Origin: an uncultured Actinomycetes bacterium
GTDB lineage: Bacteria; Actinomycetota; Thermoleophilia; Gaiellales; JAICJC01
Assembly: GCA_963821535.1 (NCBI GenBank)
Contig: CAWGEC010000003.1
Coordinates: 273,554-337,553, forward strand
DNA: 64,000 bases
Reading direction: 5' to 3'
Part shown: positions 1-9,069 of the stretch, piece after piece
Layout of the letters: each line of letters begins with the position of its first letter
Position numbering within the stretch: position 1 is the stretch's first letter
Translations under genes and position numbers: made by a program
The notes under the pieces: generated by a model
Seen by the model: only the letters and a program-made list of their open reading frames with translations
The model's database searches: none
What the model was told of the DNA's origin: nothing

Positions 1-807
1 CGACACGACGTACCGGCGCCGGTTCACGCCGGAGAAGAGGATGAAGGCCGCGAACACGGCGGCCAGCTCGACCCATGCGTACCGGCGAAACGCGAGCACG
101 ACGACGCTCGTCCCGACGGCGACGCCGGCCATCCAGAGGAACCGGCTGCGGTGCGTGCGGAGCATCGCCATCGACACGCCCACGGCCGCAACCATGAACT
201 CGAGCGTCGCGTGGTCGCCGACCGTCGTTCGGCCGTAGAACGCGATCTCGCCGCCGCCGGACGCATACTGGATGAGCTGCCAGATGCCGTAGCCCGTCAG
301 GATGCCGACGAAGATCTGCGCGAAGCGGAAGCAGTCACGATCGGTGCGAAGCACGGTCGACCAGAGCGCGAACGCGTAGACGAGCCCGAGCGCCAGGTTC
401 CGCCAGTCGCCGAACGGGCTCTGCGTCTCGTGGTAGACGCCCGCCGCGATCCCCACGAGGACAGCGGTCGTGCCGAGCCCGAGCAGCCACGCCATCCGGT
501 TCGAGATCGCCATGCGGCCCGTGCGGAACCGCTCGATGAGGCCGGCGTACGCAAACATGAACACCGCGACGTCGCCGGGCGTGAACTGGCCGAACTTCTG
601 CTGCGTCCACCACGACGGGCCGTAGTTCGTGAGGCCGCTGTGCTTCACCGCGAAGCGGATGCCGGGGTCGGTCTTCGAGTGGAAGTAGATGGCGCAGAAC
701 AGGATGACCGTCGCGATCGACCACCACACGAACCGGCCGAGCTCCGCCGGCTGGCTGATCGGCACCGCCGGAGCCGTCGTCGGCCGGCGCTGGGCGGCGA
801 CGCTCAT
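1..807 (-). CDS. O-antigen polymerase/ligase-like polytopic membrane protein (Wzy/O-antigen ligase type); C-terminal end runs off the window
   Basis: Minus-strand frame is open from ATG 807..805 to the window edge (absent from the ORF track because it has no stop). Translation MSVAAQRRPTTAPAVPISQPAELGRFVWWSIATVILFCAIYFH...WLLGLGTTAVLVGIAAGVYHE...FLWMAGVAVGTSVVVLAF is strongly hydrophobic and multi-TM. ATGA overlap with the upstream GT4 stop. Sits in a glycan-assembly gene context. Confidence 0.6.
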   Translation of the reverse strand, partial: MSVAAQRRPTTAPAVPISQPAELGRFVWWSIATVILFCAIYFHSKTDPGIRFAVKHSGLTNYGPSWWTQQKFGQFTPGDVAVFMFAYAGLIERFRTGRMAISNRMAWLLGLGTTAVLVGIAAGVYHETQSPFGDWRNLALGLVYAFALWSTVLRTDRDCFRFAQIFVGILTGYGIWQLIQYASGGGEIAFYGRTTVGDHATLEFMVAAVGVSMAMLRTHRSRFLWMAGVAVGTSVVVLAFRRYAWVELAAVFAAFILFSGVNRRRYVVS

Positions 808-2037
808 CGGGCCGCTCCGTTCGCGGCGAGCGGCGCGGCGTCGGCGGCCGGGCCTGTCGCGCCGTGGGTCCCGGAGTAGATCTCGAGCAGCCGGTCGGTC
901 GTGGCCTTCGGGCTCAGGTTGCGCTCGTACTCCCGGCGGGCGCCGGCGCCCAGGCGCTCGACGAGCTCGCGATCGCCGGCCAGGCGCCGGAGGGCGCGCG
1001 CCAGGTCGGCGGGGTCGCCCGGCTCGGCGTGCAGGCCGGTCTCGCCGTCGGCGACGATCTCGGCCAGGCTCCCGAGCCGCGAGGCGATCACCGGAACGCC
1101 GAGCGCGTACGCCTCGGCGACGATCCGCGGGAACACCTCATACCAGCGCGACGGCACGACGAGCGCCCGCGCCCCGGCGAGGATCTCGAGGCCGCGGTCG
1201 CGCGCGACCTGGCCGGTCAGCTCGACGCCGGCGAGCGTTGCGGCGCGGGCCCGGAGCGCATCCTCGAGGTCGCCGGCCCCGACGACCCGCAGGCGCTGGC
1301 CGCCCTCGGGGAAGGCCTGCCCCCAGGCCTCGAGGAGCACGTCCACGCCCTTCTCCGGCGCCAGGCGCGAGAGGCAGATGAAGCCTCCGTCATAGGTCGG
1401 CTGCGGCGCTCCCGGGTCGGGCGCGGTGTTGTACTTGACGACGATCTGCTCGGCCGGCCATCCGGCCTTGAGGTAGCGGCTGCGGGCGAACTCCGACGGC
1501 GTGATGTACGTGTCGACCGCCGACGACCACGTGCCGATCGCGCTGTGCAGCGCGTCCTTGACGGCGATCGGGAGCGTGGCCGCCCGGGAGGAGCGGTAGC
1601 AGCCGTGGACGACCGCCGGGATCGGGGACGCGCCCGAGGCAGTCCTCGCACACCCGGCCGTCGCGCAGGAAGGTCGCCGCCGGGCAGAGCGGGCGGAAGT
1701 TGTGGAGCGTCTGGACCACCCTGACGCCGGAGCCGTGGGCCGCGCGGAGCGCCGCCGGGCTGAGGAGCGGGAAGGTGTTGTGGGCGTGAACCACATCGGG
1801 CCGGAATCCGGCGATCGCGCGCCGCACCGTGCGGGCGCCGTCGCGCGACCAGACCACGCGCCCCGGCAGCGTCAGGCGCTTGGCCCGCGGCCAGCCGGCG
1901 ATGTCGTCGCTCTCGACCGACAGCACCTCGACGACCGCCCCGGCCCCGCGCAGGAGGGCGGTCTCCTCCTCGACGACGGCGTTCTCACCGCTCGGCTGGG
2001 CGCTTCGGTAGCGGTTGTGGACGACCAGGACGCGCAT
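804..2037 (-). pseudogene. GT4-family (GT-B) glycosyltransferase, one frameshift as assembled
   Basis: N-terminal half is in ORF 1390..2037 (MRVLVVHNRYRSAQPSGENAVVEEE...RVCEDCLG). C-terminal half is in ORF 804..1796 (PIPAVVHGCYRSS...LSRLAPEKGVDVLLEAW...PSRWYEVFPRIVAEAYALGVPVIASRLGSLAEIV). The frames switch at the GGGG run 1624-1627. Confidence 0.85.
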
Positions 2038-2040
2038 GCG

Positions 2041-2844
2041 TCACCGGGACGGGCGGGCAGACCCGACCGTGTCGCGGGTGACCTCGGCGATCGTGCTGGC
2101 GATGAAGAGCGTGTTCGCCGCCGCGTATCTGGGCGCGAGCTTGATCGGGTCGTGCACCATCCGGTGCACCCACTCGAGGCCCGACTCCTGCATCCACATG
2201 GGAGCCCTCGGCCGGTTGCCCGAGATGAAGTCGAACGCCGCACCGACGCCCATGGCGAGCACTCCGCCGAGGTCGGGCGAGAGCCGGTGCATCCACAGAT
2301 CCTGCTTCGGCGTCCCGAGGCCGACCCAGACGATGTGAGGCGTAGCCGCGGTGATGGCCGCCACGGCCTCGCGCTCCTCGGGTGCGTTCATCGCGCGGAA
2401 GGGCGGAGAGCTCGTGCCGACGATCTGCGCGCCCGGGAAGCGCTCGAGCAGGTTCTGTTCGAGGCGCTCGAGCACGGCGGGCGTGGCTCCGAACAGGTAG
2501 TGGCGCAGCCCGCGCTCACGGCCCAGGTCGATCACGCGCGGCATCAGGTCGGGCCCGGCGATCCGCTTGGCGTTCGCGGTGCCGTTCTGCCGCTGCCGCC
2601 ACGCGACCGGCGCGCCGTCGGGGAAGTTGATCCACGCCTCGTGGAGCGCGTGGCGCAGGCCCGGGTCGCGCTGGGCGAGCGTCAGGCCGTGAACGCCGGT
2701 CAGCGACGCGTAGCCGCCATCGCCGGAGAGGGCGCGGTCGATCACGGTCCGCGCGGCGCCCTCGAGGTCGCCGGCGTAGAGCTCGGTGCCCATCACCGTG
2801 CAGGTCATCAGTCGCTGGTCGGCGCCCGCCATCGCACCGATCAT
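2041..2844 (-). CDS. WecB/TagA/CpsF-family (GT26) glycosyltransferase
   Basis: C-terminal 267 aa of ORF 2041..4290: MIGAMAGADQRLMTCTVMGTELYAGDLEGAARTVIDRAL...IVWVGLGTPKQDLWM...GVGAAFDFISG, the TagA-family signature. ATG 2844 makes an ATGA overlap with the Wzc stop. The alternative start at 2808 cannot be excluded. Confidence 0.85.
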   Translation of the reverse strand: MIGAMAGADQRLMTCTVMGTELYAGDLEGAARTVIDRALSGDGGYASLTGVHGLTLAQRDPGLRHALHEAWINFPDGAPVAWRQRQNGTANAKRIAGPDLMPRVIDLGRERGLRHYLFGATPAVLERLEQNLLERFPGAQIVGTSSPPFRAMNAPEEREAVAAITAATPHIVWVGLGTPKQDLWMHRLSPDLGGVLAMGVGAAFDFISGNRPRAPMWMQESGLEWVHRMVHDPIKLAPRYAAANTLFIASTIAEVTRDTVGSARPSR

Positions 2845-4534
2845 TGACCGGCGCGCGTCCGGGCCGCCTGATCCGCGGGAGCGCCGTAGCCGCCGTATCC
2901 GTATCCGCCGCCGTAGCCGTAGCCCGACTCGGACTCGGCGTCGGTCACGACCACCCCGAGGCCGAGCGCGCGGGACGTGCCGAGCTCGCGCCGCAGCTCG
3001 TGCAGCATCGGCCGGCGGACGAGGTCGAGCTTCGAGACGACCATGTAGGCGTCGGCCTGAGAGGTGAGGCCCATCGTGTCGGCGACGGGCAGCACCGGCG
3101 GGGTGTCGATCACGATCGTCTCGGCACGCTCGCGCAGCTCGGTGAGGAGCGTGGCGAGCGCCTTGGAGGCGAGGAGCGACGACGGGTCGGAGGGCGGCTC
3201 GCCGGCGACGAGCACGTGCAGCAGCGAGCCCGATGGCTCGTTCCCGTGGCCGTTCCGGCGTGCGCCGGGATCGGGGGCGCCGGGGACGACGACCGGGACG
3301 AGCGCCTCGTCGAGCGTCGCCTGTCCGAGGATGACGTCGGTGATGCCGGGGCGGCCGGTGAGGCCGAAGAAGCGGTCGAGGTACGGCGCGCGCAGGTCGA
3401 GGTCGACCAGGATGACGTTCTTGCCCGATGCGGCCATGGCGACCGCCAGGTTGGCGGCGGTCGTCGACTTGCCCTCCTGAGCGACGGCGCTCGTGACGAG
3501 GATCATCTGGGCCTGCGGGTCGAGGTTCGCGAAGTCGAGGCTGACCCTGAGCTTCTTGTAGGCCTCGCTGTGGATCCCGTGCGGATCGGCGAGGAGCGTC
3601 AGCTGGTCGTGCTTTCGCATGTCCTTGTCGGGCCGCGGCAGCCGGCCGAACAGCGGGAGGCCCAGCTCGGAGGCGACCTGCTCGGCGGAGCGGATGCGCG
3701 TGTCGAACGCCTCGCGGGCGAACACGAGGCCGATGCCGATGCACCAGGCCGAGGATGGCGCCGATCGCCGTGTTCCGCTTGGCGTTCGGGGCGAGCTGGG
3801 CGGCGCCGGACGCTCTGCTCTGGACGGCGCTCTGCCCGGCGCCCGAGTCGGCGTTCGCCCGCAAGCTCCACGACGTAGTTCTGGGCCGCGGTGGCCTTCC
3901 GGTCGAGTTCGTTGTACGTCGCGAAGTCGGCCTGCAGCGTCGCGTTGGGCAGCCCAGCGTTCCTGTCGGCCTGGTACTTCGCGAACGCAACGTCGCGCAG
4001 ATGTCCGTAGCGATCGGATCTGCCGTCTGTGCCGCGGCCTGGAGCTTCGCAACGTGGTCCTGCGGCCTGCTGCCTGGCTGTAGTCCGCGAATGCCGGTCG
4101 CGTAGGCGTTCGTCAGGGCCACCGCGCCGGCCTTCGTGTGGTACGAGACCTTGAATTCGACGATCGTGGCGTTCGGGTCCGCGGTGACGGTCGACGCCTT
4201 GAGGAGCTTGCCGGGCGTCATGTCGGTGATCTCGGGCACCTTCGCGAGCGCCGCGCCAGCGACCTGCGGACTCTGAGCGACCTGCGCCATGGTCTGGACG
4301 TACTGCTGAGATGTCCCCGACGACGTGTGCTGGTTGGACAGCGGGTTCGTGAGGTCCTGGGCGACTGATCAGGTCGTCCGCCGTCGCCTGGAAGACCGGC
4401 GCCTGCCGCGACGAGATGAAGTACGTGACCGCGGTGACGAGGACGAGCGTCGTGACCACGATCCACCACCCTCGGCGGATTACGCGCACATAGTCGGCCA
4501 TGGGGCGGCCCGGACGCCCAATATCATCGATCAC
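2841..4534 (-). pseudogene. Wzc-like polysaccharide co-polymerase (Wzz domain) fused to a BY-type tyrosine kinase; about 4 frameshifts as assembled
   Basis: Pieces lie in three frames. (1) MADYVRVIRRGWWIVVTTLVLVTAVTYFISSRQAPVFQATADDLI (ORF 3599..4534). (2) QDLTNPL...MAQVAQSPQVAGAALAKVPEITDMTPGKLLKASTVTADPNATIVEFKVSYH (ORF 2041..4290). (3) YQADRNAGLPNATLQADFATYNELDRKATAAQNYVVEL. (4) Kinase part in ORF 2841..4052, with Walker A VTSAVAQEGKSTTAANLA, VILVDLDLR, IVIDTPP and tail ESGYGYGGGYGYGGYG. Frame switches at about 4360, 4010, 3870 and 3745. GTG 4534 is preceded by SD AGGGAGGAA (4541-4549). Confidence 0.85.
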
Positions 4535-4649
4535 GCGACCTTCCTCCCTGAAAAAGGTGAGCGGCGGGCCGAATGGTACCCGCTTGCCAGGGATACCTCA
4601 GCATCCAGACCGTGTCAAGCGAGAAGCGCGTTCCACCCGTCCGTTTCCA

Positions 4650-4670
4650 ATCCCGCTCACACAGCGGGAT
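4650..4670 (-). terminator. Hairpin overlapping the hisIE stop codon (possible operon-end terminator, no U-tract)
   Basis: ATCCCGCT (4650-4657) / AGCGGGAT (4663-4670) perfect 8-bp inverted repeat with a 5-nt loop. Lies between hisIE and the Wzc-locus upstream region. Confidence 0.3.
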
Positions 4671-5256
4671 CGCGGCGCCTGCGCCCGAGCACTGAGAGCG
4701 GCTCCAGCGGATCGCGGCCGTCGCCCGCGAGGAGCACCATCGAGTGGAACCACAGGTCGGCCACCTCCGACACGAGGTGATCGCTCGCGGGCTCGGCGAG
4801 CACGGTCTCGACGGCCTCCTCGCCGACCTTGCGCTGGCGCGCCTCGCGGACATCGGCCAGGAGGCCGGCGACGTACGAGCGCTCGTCGCCGCGCTCGGCC
4901 CGCTCGGCGATCGTCTGTGCCAGGTCGGGGAGGGCCGGCGCGGCGGCGTCGAAGCACGACTCGGTTCCCGTATGGCAGGTCGGCCCCGCCGGCAGCGCCA
5001 GCATCAGGACGGCATCGCCGTCGCAGTCGGCGGCGAGCGACGTGACGGCGAGGACGTTGCCCGACGTCTCGCCCTTCTTCCAGAGCCGGTCGCGCGAGCG
5101 GGAGTGGAAGTGCCCGAGCCCGGTCTCGAGGGTCGCCGCGAGCGCCTCGGCGTCCATGTAGGCGAGCATGAGCACCCGGCCCGTGTCGGCGTGCTGGACG
5201 ACGCACGGCAGGAGGGCGCCGTCGGGGATGCTCAGAGGCGGATCGGAAGGCCGCAC
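4657..5256 (-). CDS. hisI: Bifunctional phosphoribosyl-AMP cyclohydrolase / phosphoribosyl-ATP pyrophosphatase HisIE
   Basis: Tail of ORF 4657..5754: LPCVVQHADTGRVLMLAYMDAEALAATLETGLGHFHSRSRDRLWKKGETSGN...CDGDAVL...GPTCHTGTESCF (HisI), then SYVAGLL...KVGEEAVETV...EVADLWFHSMVLL (HisE). Start placed at GTG 5256; this is uncertain and overlaps the hisF end. Confidence 0.88.
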   Translation of the reverse strand: MRPSDPPLSIPDGALLPCVVQHADTGRVLMLAYMDAEALAATLETGLGHFHSRSRDRLWKKGETSGNVLAVTSLAADCDGDAVLMLALPAGPTCHTGTESCFDAAAPALPDLAQTIAERAERGDERSYVAGLLADVREARQRKVGEEAVETVLAEPASDHLVSEVADLWFHSMVLLAGDGRDPLEPLSVLGRRRRDPAV

Positions 5257-5984
5257 GCGGCCACCTCCTGCTTCACCTCGGCCATCGTCGCCTCGCCGTC
5301 GTGGAAGATCGACGCTGCCAGCGCGGCCTGCGCGCCGGCGGCGAGGGCGGCCGCCATGTCCGCCGCCCCGCCCGCGCCTCCCGAGGCGATCACCGGCACA
5401 TCCACCGCGGCCGTGACCGCCGCGATCAGGTCGAGGTCGTATCCGGCGTGGCCGCCGTCGGCGTCGATGCTCGTGACGAGGAGCTCGCCCGCGCCGCGCT
5501 CGACCGCCTCGCGCGACCACTCGATCGCGTCGCGGCCGGTGGGCCGGCGGCCGGCCGAGGCGTACGCCTCCCAGCCGCCGTTTGCCCGCGCGGCGTCGAC
5601 CGCCACCACGACGCACTGCGAGCCGAGGCCCGCCGCCAGCTCCGACACGAGCTCGGGCCGGTCGAGCGGAGCGGTGTTCACGCTCACCTTGTCGGCCCCG
5701 GCCAGGAGCAGGTCGTGCGCCCGCTCGAACCCGTCGACCCCCCCGCCGACGCACAGCGGCACGTCAACCCGCCGGGCCGCCCGCTCGACGGCGTGCAGGA
5801 GCTCGGCCCAGGCCTCCTCTCCGGCCGAGATGTTGAGCCAGACGATCTCGTCGGCGCCGGCCTCGGCATAGCGGGCGGCGGCGTCCACGGGGTCGCCGCA
5901 GTCGCGCAGGTCGCGGAAGCGCACGCCCTTCACGAGCCGGCCGCGGCGCACGTCGAGGCACGGGATGATCCGCCTACGCAGCAT
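5232..5984 (-). CDS. hisF: Imidazole glycerol phosphate synthase cyclase subunit HisF
   Basis: 250-aa ORF MLRRRIIPCLDVRRGRLVKGVRFRDLRDCGDPVDAAARYAEAGADEIVWLNI...VSVNTA...VIASGGAG...ASIFH. Canonical HisF sequence pattern. Confidence 0.95.
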   Translation of the reverse strand: MLRRRIIPCLDVRRGRLVKGVRFRDLRDCGDPVDAAARYAEAGADEIVWLNISAGEEAWAELLHAVERAARRVDVPLCVGGGVDGFERAHDLLLAGADKVSVNTAPLDRPELVSELAAGLGSQCVVVAVDAARANGGWEAYASAGRRPTGRDAIEWSREAVERGAGELLVTSIDADGGHAGYDLDLIAAVTAAVDVPVIASGGAGGAADMAAALAAGAQAALAASIFHDGEATMAEVKQEVAACGLPIRL

Positions 5985-6588
5985 CCGCGCCCCGCTCGAG
6001 GAACGCGGCCAGGAGCGCCCGGCCGGCGGCGCCGCTTCGCTCCGGGTGGAACTGCACCGCCGCCACCCGCCCGCGGCCGACGGCCGACGGGAACGAGGTG
6101 CCGTCGAGGTCGGTCGTCGCGATCACGTCGGAGGCGTCGGCCGGCTCGGCGACGTAGGCGTGTGCGAAATAGCAGACGGCCGGGAGCGTGCCGCCGAGCG
6201 CGCCGGGGTCGGCCGGGGCGACGTCGTTCCAGCCCATGTGCGGGACGGTCTGCGCCCAGTCGATCCGGCGGACGACGCCGGGGAGGAGCCCCAGGCACTC
6301 CGTGTCGCCCTCGTCGCTTCGGTCGAAGAGGAGCTGGAGGCCGAGGCAGATGCCGAGGACGTGCGCTCCGCGGTCGGCCGCCGCCCGGATGGCGCCCGCC
6401 AGGCCGGTCGCCCGCAGCCGCTCCATCGCCGGCCCGGCCGCGCCGACGCCGGGGACGACCAGCATCCGCGAGCGCTCGGCGACCTCCGGCTCGGTCGTGA
6501 TCTCGACGCCGACGCCGAGCCGCTCGAACGCGGCTCGCAGGCTGCGCAGGTTTCCGGCGCCGTAGTCGACCACCGTGACCGCGGTCAC
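5974..6588 (-). CDS. hisH: Imidazole glycerol phosphate synthase glutamine amidotransferase subunit HisH
   Basis: GTG 6588 forms a GTGA overlap with the hisB stop. VTAVTVVDYGAGNLRSLRAAFERLG...LVVPGVGA...HVLGICLGLQLLF...MGWN...YFAHAYV...AVQFHPERS. The long N-terminal extension of ORF 5974..7950 is Arg/Pro-rich shadow sequence. Confidence 0.93.
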   Translation of the reverse strand: MTAVTVVDYGAGNLRSLRAAFERLGVGVEITTEPEVAERSRMLVVPGVGAAGPAMERLRATGLAGAIRAAADRGAHVLGICLGLQLLFDRSDEGDTECLGLLPGVVRRIDWAQTVPHMGWNDVAPADPGALGGTLPAVCYFAHAYVAEPADASDVIATTDLDGTSFPSAVGRGRVAAVQFHPERSGAAGRALLAAFLERGADAA

Positions 6589-8090
6589 AGGCTGCCCTTC
6601 GTCGAGGGGATCTCTCCCGCCCGCCGGGGGTCCTCGGCCACGGCGACGCGAAGGGCGCGGGCCAGCGCCTTGAAGGCCGCCTCGAGCACGTGGTGGTCGT
6701 CGGTGCCCGCGCCGCTCATGTGGATGCCGAGGCGGCCGCTTCGGGCCAGCGTGTCGAAGAAGTGCGGCACGAGGCTCCCGGGGAGCGCGCCGATCCGGTC
6801 GCTCGCGAACGGCAGCTCGATCGCGGCGACGCCGCGGCCGCCGAGGTCGACCGTGGCGTGTGCCAGCGCCTCGTCGAGCGGCGCGCGGGCGTCGCCGAAG
6901 CGGGCGATGCCGGCCCGGTCGCCGAGGGCGTCGTCGAGCGCCTGGCCGAGCGCGATCGCGACGTCCTCGACCGTGTGGTGCTCGTCGACCCACAGGTCGC
7001 CGGTGCAGGTGAGCTCGAGGTCGATCAGGGAGTGGGTCGAGAGCGCGGTCAGCATGTGGTCGAGCATGCCGATCCCCGTGGCCACGGCCGACCGCCCGGA
7101 GCCGTCGAGCACGACCCGGCAGCGGATGTCGGTCTCGGCCGTGCGGCGCTCGGCGGCGCCGATCCGCGTCCCGGCCGGCGGCTCGGCGGTCTCCGCCCGG
7201 GCGCCGAGCGCCGCCAGCAGCACGTCGTCGTCGGCCGGCGTCGCCGGGCTGATCCGGAGGTGCGTCGCGAGGAGCGGGTCGGCGAAGGTGCGCACGACGA
7301 GGCCCTGCTCGAGGAGCCGTTTCGAGACCGGCGCCGCCGGCTCGCCGAGGTCGACGAGCAGGAAGTTCGCGCACGAGTCCTGCACCTCGAGCCCGGCCGA
7401 GCGGAGCGCCGCCGCCATGCGGTCGCGCTCGGCGACGGTCGCTGCGGCCCGGGCGCGCATCTCGCCGGCTTCGCGGATCGCGATCCCCGCGAGGGCGACC
7501 GAGAACGACGAGATCGACGCCGGCGGGCGGATCGCGTCGAGCCGGCGGGCGATCTCGGGCGGCGCGAGGATGTAGCCGATCCGGGCGCCGGCCAGAGCGA
7601 ACGCCTTCGAGAAGGTGCGGACGACGACGGTGTTCGTGCGCTCGCGGACGAGCGGCGAGAGATCGCGCCCGCCGAACTCGACGTACGCCTGGTCGATCAC
7701 GACGAGGCCGTCGCGCTCGCGCAGGTCGTCCTCGGTCGCGTCGGCGCCGGTCGGGTTGTGCGGCACGCACGACCACCACAGCCGCACCGCCGGCGACGGC
7801 TCGTGGACGAGCGTCGCTCCGGCCAGCCGGGTGGCGTTCCCGTACCAGGAGTAGAACGGGCGGCGCACGTACGCCTCGTCGCCGGGGCGAAGGGCGAGGA
7901 GCGCGCACAGCTGCACCGCCTCGTCTGCGCCGCCGGTCAGGACGACGCACTCAGGGTCGAACCCGGCGTGCTCGGCGATCGCGTCGCGAAGGCCGGCGTA
8001 GGTGGCGTCCGGGTAATTGTGGACGGCCACCCTGCCGAGCGCCGCGACGGCCCGGCCGTACCAGGCCGGCGGCACCGGCGAGAGGTTCAT
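6585..8090 (-). CDS. hisC/hisB: Single ORF encoding histidinol-phosphate aminotransferase (HisC, N-terminal) fused in frame to imidazoleglycerol-phosphate dehydratase (HisB, C-terminal). The true start is probably ATG 8212, reached through a frameshift in the A6 run.
   Basis: HisC part: NYPDATYAGLRDAIAEHAGF...VPHNPTGA...VVIDQAYVEFGG...VVRTFSKAFALAGARIGY. HisB part: RTAETDIRCRVVLDGSG...TGIGMLDHMLTALSTHSLIDLELTCTGDLWVDEHHTVEDVAIALG...HHVLEAAFKALARAL. No stop or start codon at the junction (about 7160-7200). The in-frame conserved sequence LPIRPDLIDAEPYHWEEG continues upstream of the listed Met. Confidence 0.85.
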   Translation of the reverse strand: MNLSPVPPAWYGRAVAALGRVAVHNYPDATYAGLRDAIAEHAGFDPECVVLTGGADEAVQLCALLALRPGDEAYVRRPFYSWYGNATRLAGATLVHEPSPAVRLWWSCVPHNPTGADATEDDLRERDGLVVIDQAYVEFGGRDLSPLVRERTNTVVVRTFSKAFALAGARIGYILAPPEIARRLDAIRPPASISSFSVALAGIAIREAGEMRARAAATVAERDRMAAALRSAGLEVQDSCANFLLVDLGEPAAPVSKRLLEQGLVVRTFADPLLATHLRISPATPADDDVLLAALGARAETAEPPAGTRIGAAERRTAETDIRCRVVLDGSGRSAVATGIGMLDHMLTALSTHSLIDLELTCTGDLWVDEHHTVEDVAIALGQALDDALGDRAGIARFGDARAPLDEALAHATVDLGGRGVAAIELPFASDRIGALPGSLVPHFFDTLARSGRLGIHMSGAGTDDHHVLEAAFKALARALRVAVAEDPRRAGEIPSTKGSL

Positions 8091-8208
8091 GTCGAAGCGG
8101 CGCAGGCGCCCCTCGGGCAGCCCCTCCTCCCAGTGGTAGGGCTCAGCGTCGATCAGGTCGGGGCGGATCGGCAGCGCTGAAAATTGGTGCCTGGCACCGT
8201 TTTTTCAC

Positions 8209-9069
8209 TCATGGGATGAGGTTCTGGATCGGGAGCACGAGCAGCGAGCGGGCGCCCGCCGCCTGGAGCGGGGCGAGCAGGTCGGAGACCGCGTCGGCGT
8301 CGACCACCGCGTGGACGGCGTGCAGGCCGCCGCGGGCCAGCGGCAGGACGGTCGGCGAGTCCATGCCCGGCAGGAGCGCGATCACGTCGTCGAGCGAGTC
8401 GTCCGGTGCGTTCAGCATCAGGTAGCGCTTCCCGCGGGCCGCGACGACGCTCTCGATCACCATGGCGAGCTCGTCGGCCACGGCCTGCGCGCGTCCGTCG
8501 AGGCCGCGGCGGGCGACCAGCGTCGCCTGCGACTCGAGCACCGTCGCGATCGGGCGCAGCCCGTTCTGGCGCAGCGTGTCGCCGCTCGAGACGAGGTCGA
8601 CGATGCCGTCGGCCGCATCCAGCCGCGGGGCCAGCTCGACCGAGCCGCGGATGGGGACGGTCTCGACGGCCAGGCCCTCGGCGGCGAAGAAGGCCGCCGC
8701 GGTCCGCGGGTGGGCGGTTGCGACCCGCCCGCCGTCGAGCTCCGAGACGGCGTCGATGCCCCCGCCGGCCGGCACGGCGACCTCGAGTGCGCAGCGCCCG
8801 AACCCGAGCGGTACCAGCTCCTCGACGTCGGCGCCGGACTCGATGATCTGATCGCGGCCCGCGACGGCCGCGTCGACGGCTCCGTCGGCGGTCCACGCCG
8901 GGATGTCGTCGGCGCGTGCGAACAGCACCTCGATGTCCCAGCGCGAGCAGTGCGCGTGGAGCGCCCGGCCGTTGACGTCGACCTCGACGCCCGCGGCCCG
9001 CGCCAGCTCGAGCGCGGGCGCGTGCAGCCGCCCCTTCGACGGCAGCGCCAGGCGGAAGGGGCGCGTCAC
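8209..9069 (-). CDS. hisG: ATP phosphoribosyltransferase HisG (long form with C-terminal regulatory domain)
   Basis: GTG 9069 forms a GTGA overlap with the yerC-like stop. VTRPFRLALPSKGRLHAPALELARAAGV...DIPAWTADGAVDAAVAGRDQI...LVSSGDTLRQNGL...KRYLMLNAP. 286 aa. Confidence 0.92.
   Translation of the reverse strand: MTRPFRLALPSKGRLHAPALELARAAGVEVDVNGRALHAHCSRWDIEVLFARADDIPAWTADGAVDAAVAGRDQIIESGADVEELVPLGFGRCALEVAVPAGGGIDAVSELDGGRVATAHPRTAAAFFAAEGLAVETVPIRGSVELAPRLDAADGIVDLVSSGDTLRQNGLRPIATVLESQATLVARRGLDGRAQAVADELAMVIESVVAARGKRYLMLNAPDDSLDDVIALLPGMDSPTVLPLARGGLHAVHAVVDADAVSDLLAPLQAAGARSLLVLPIQNLIP

Noticed and set aside
689-1381. Long Arg/Pro/Gly/Ala-rich ORFs on the opposite strand or in alternate frames of real genes. 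Examples: 689..1381, 5301..6500, 8153..8896, 10455..12692, 19280..21466, 36825..38771, 61684..63987.
   Set aside because: Their composition (RRRPGRAR... runs) is the typical shadow of very high-GC coding sequence. Each is fully overlapped by a gene with recognisable conserved motifs.
2041-4290. 749-aa ORF that looks like one large protein.
   Set aside because: It is a chimera. Only its last 267 aa (TagA-like) and two internal stretches of the Wzc gene are real coding sequence. The rest is out-of-frame read-through created by indels.
4590-4618. Sigma-70-like promoter TTGACA (4618..4613, minus strand) with TATCCC/GTATCC 16-17 nt downstream, ahead of the Wzc locus.
   Set aside because: The -35 is perfect but the -10 lacks the conserved final T. 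It sits about 60 nt from an SD-led start. This is plausible but too weak to list as a feature.
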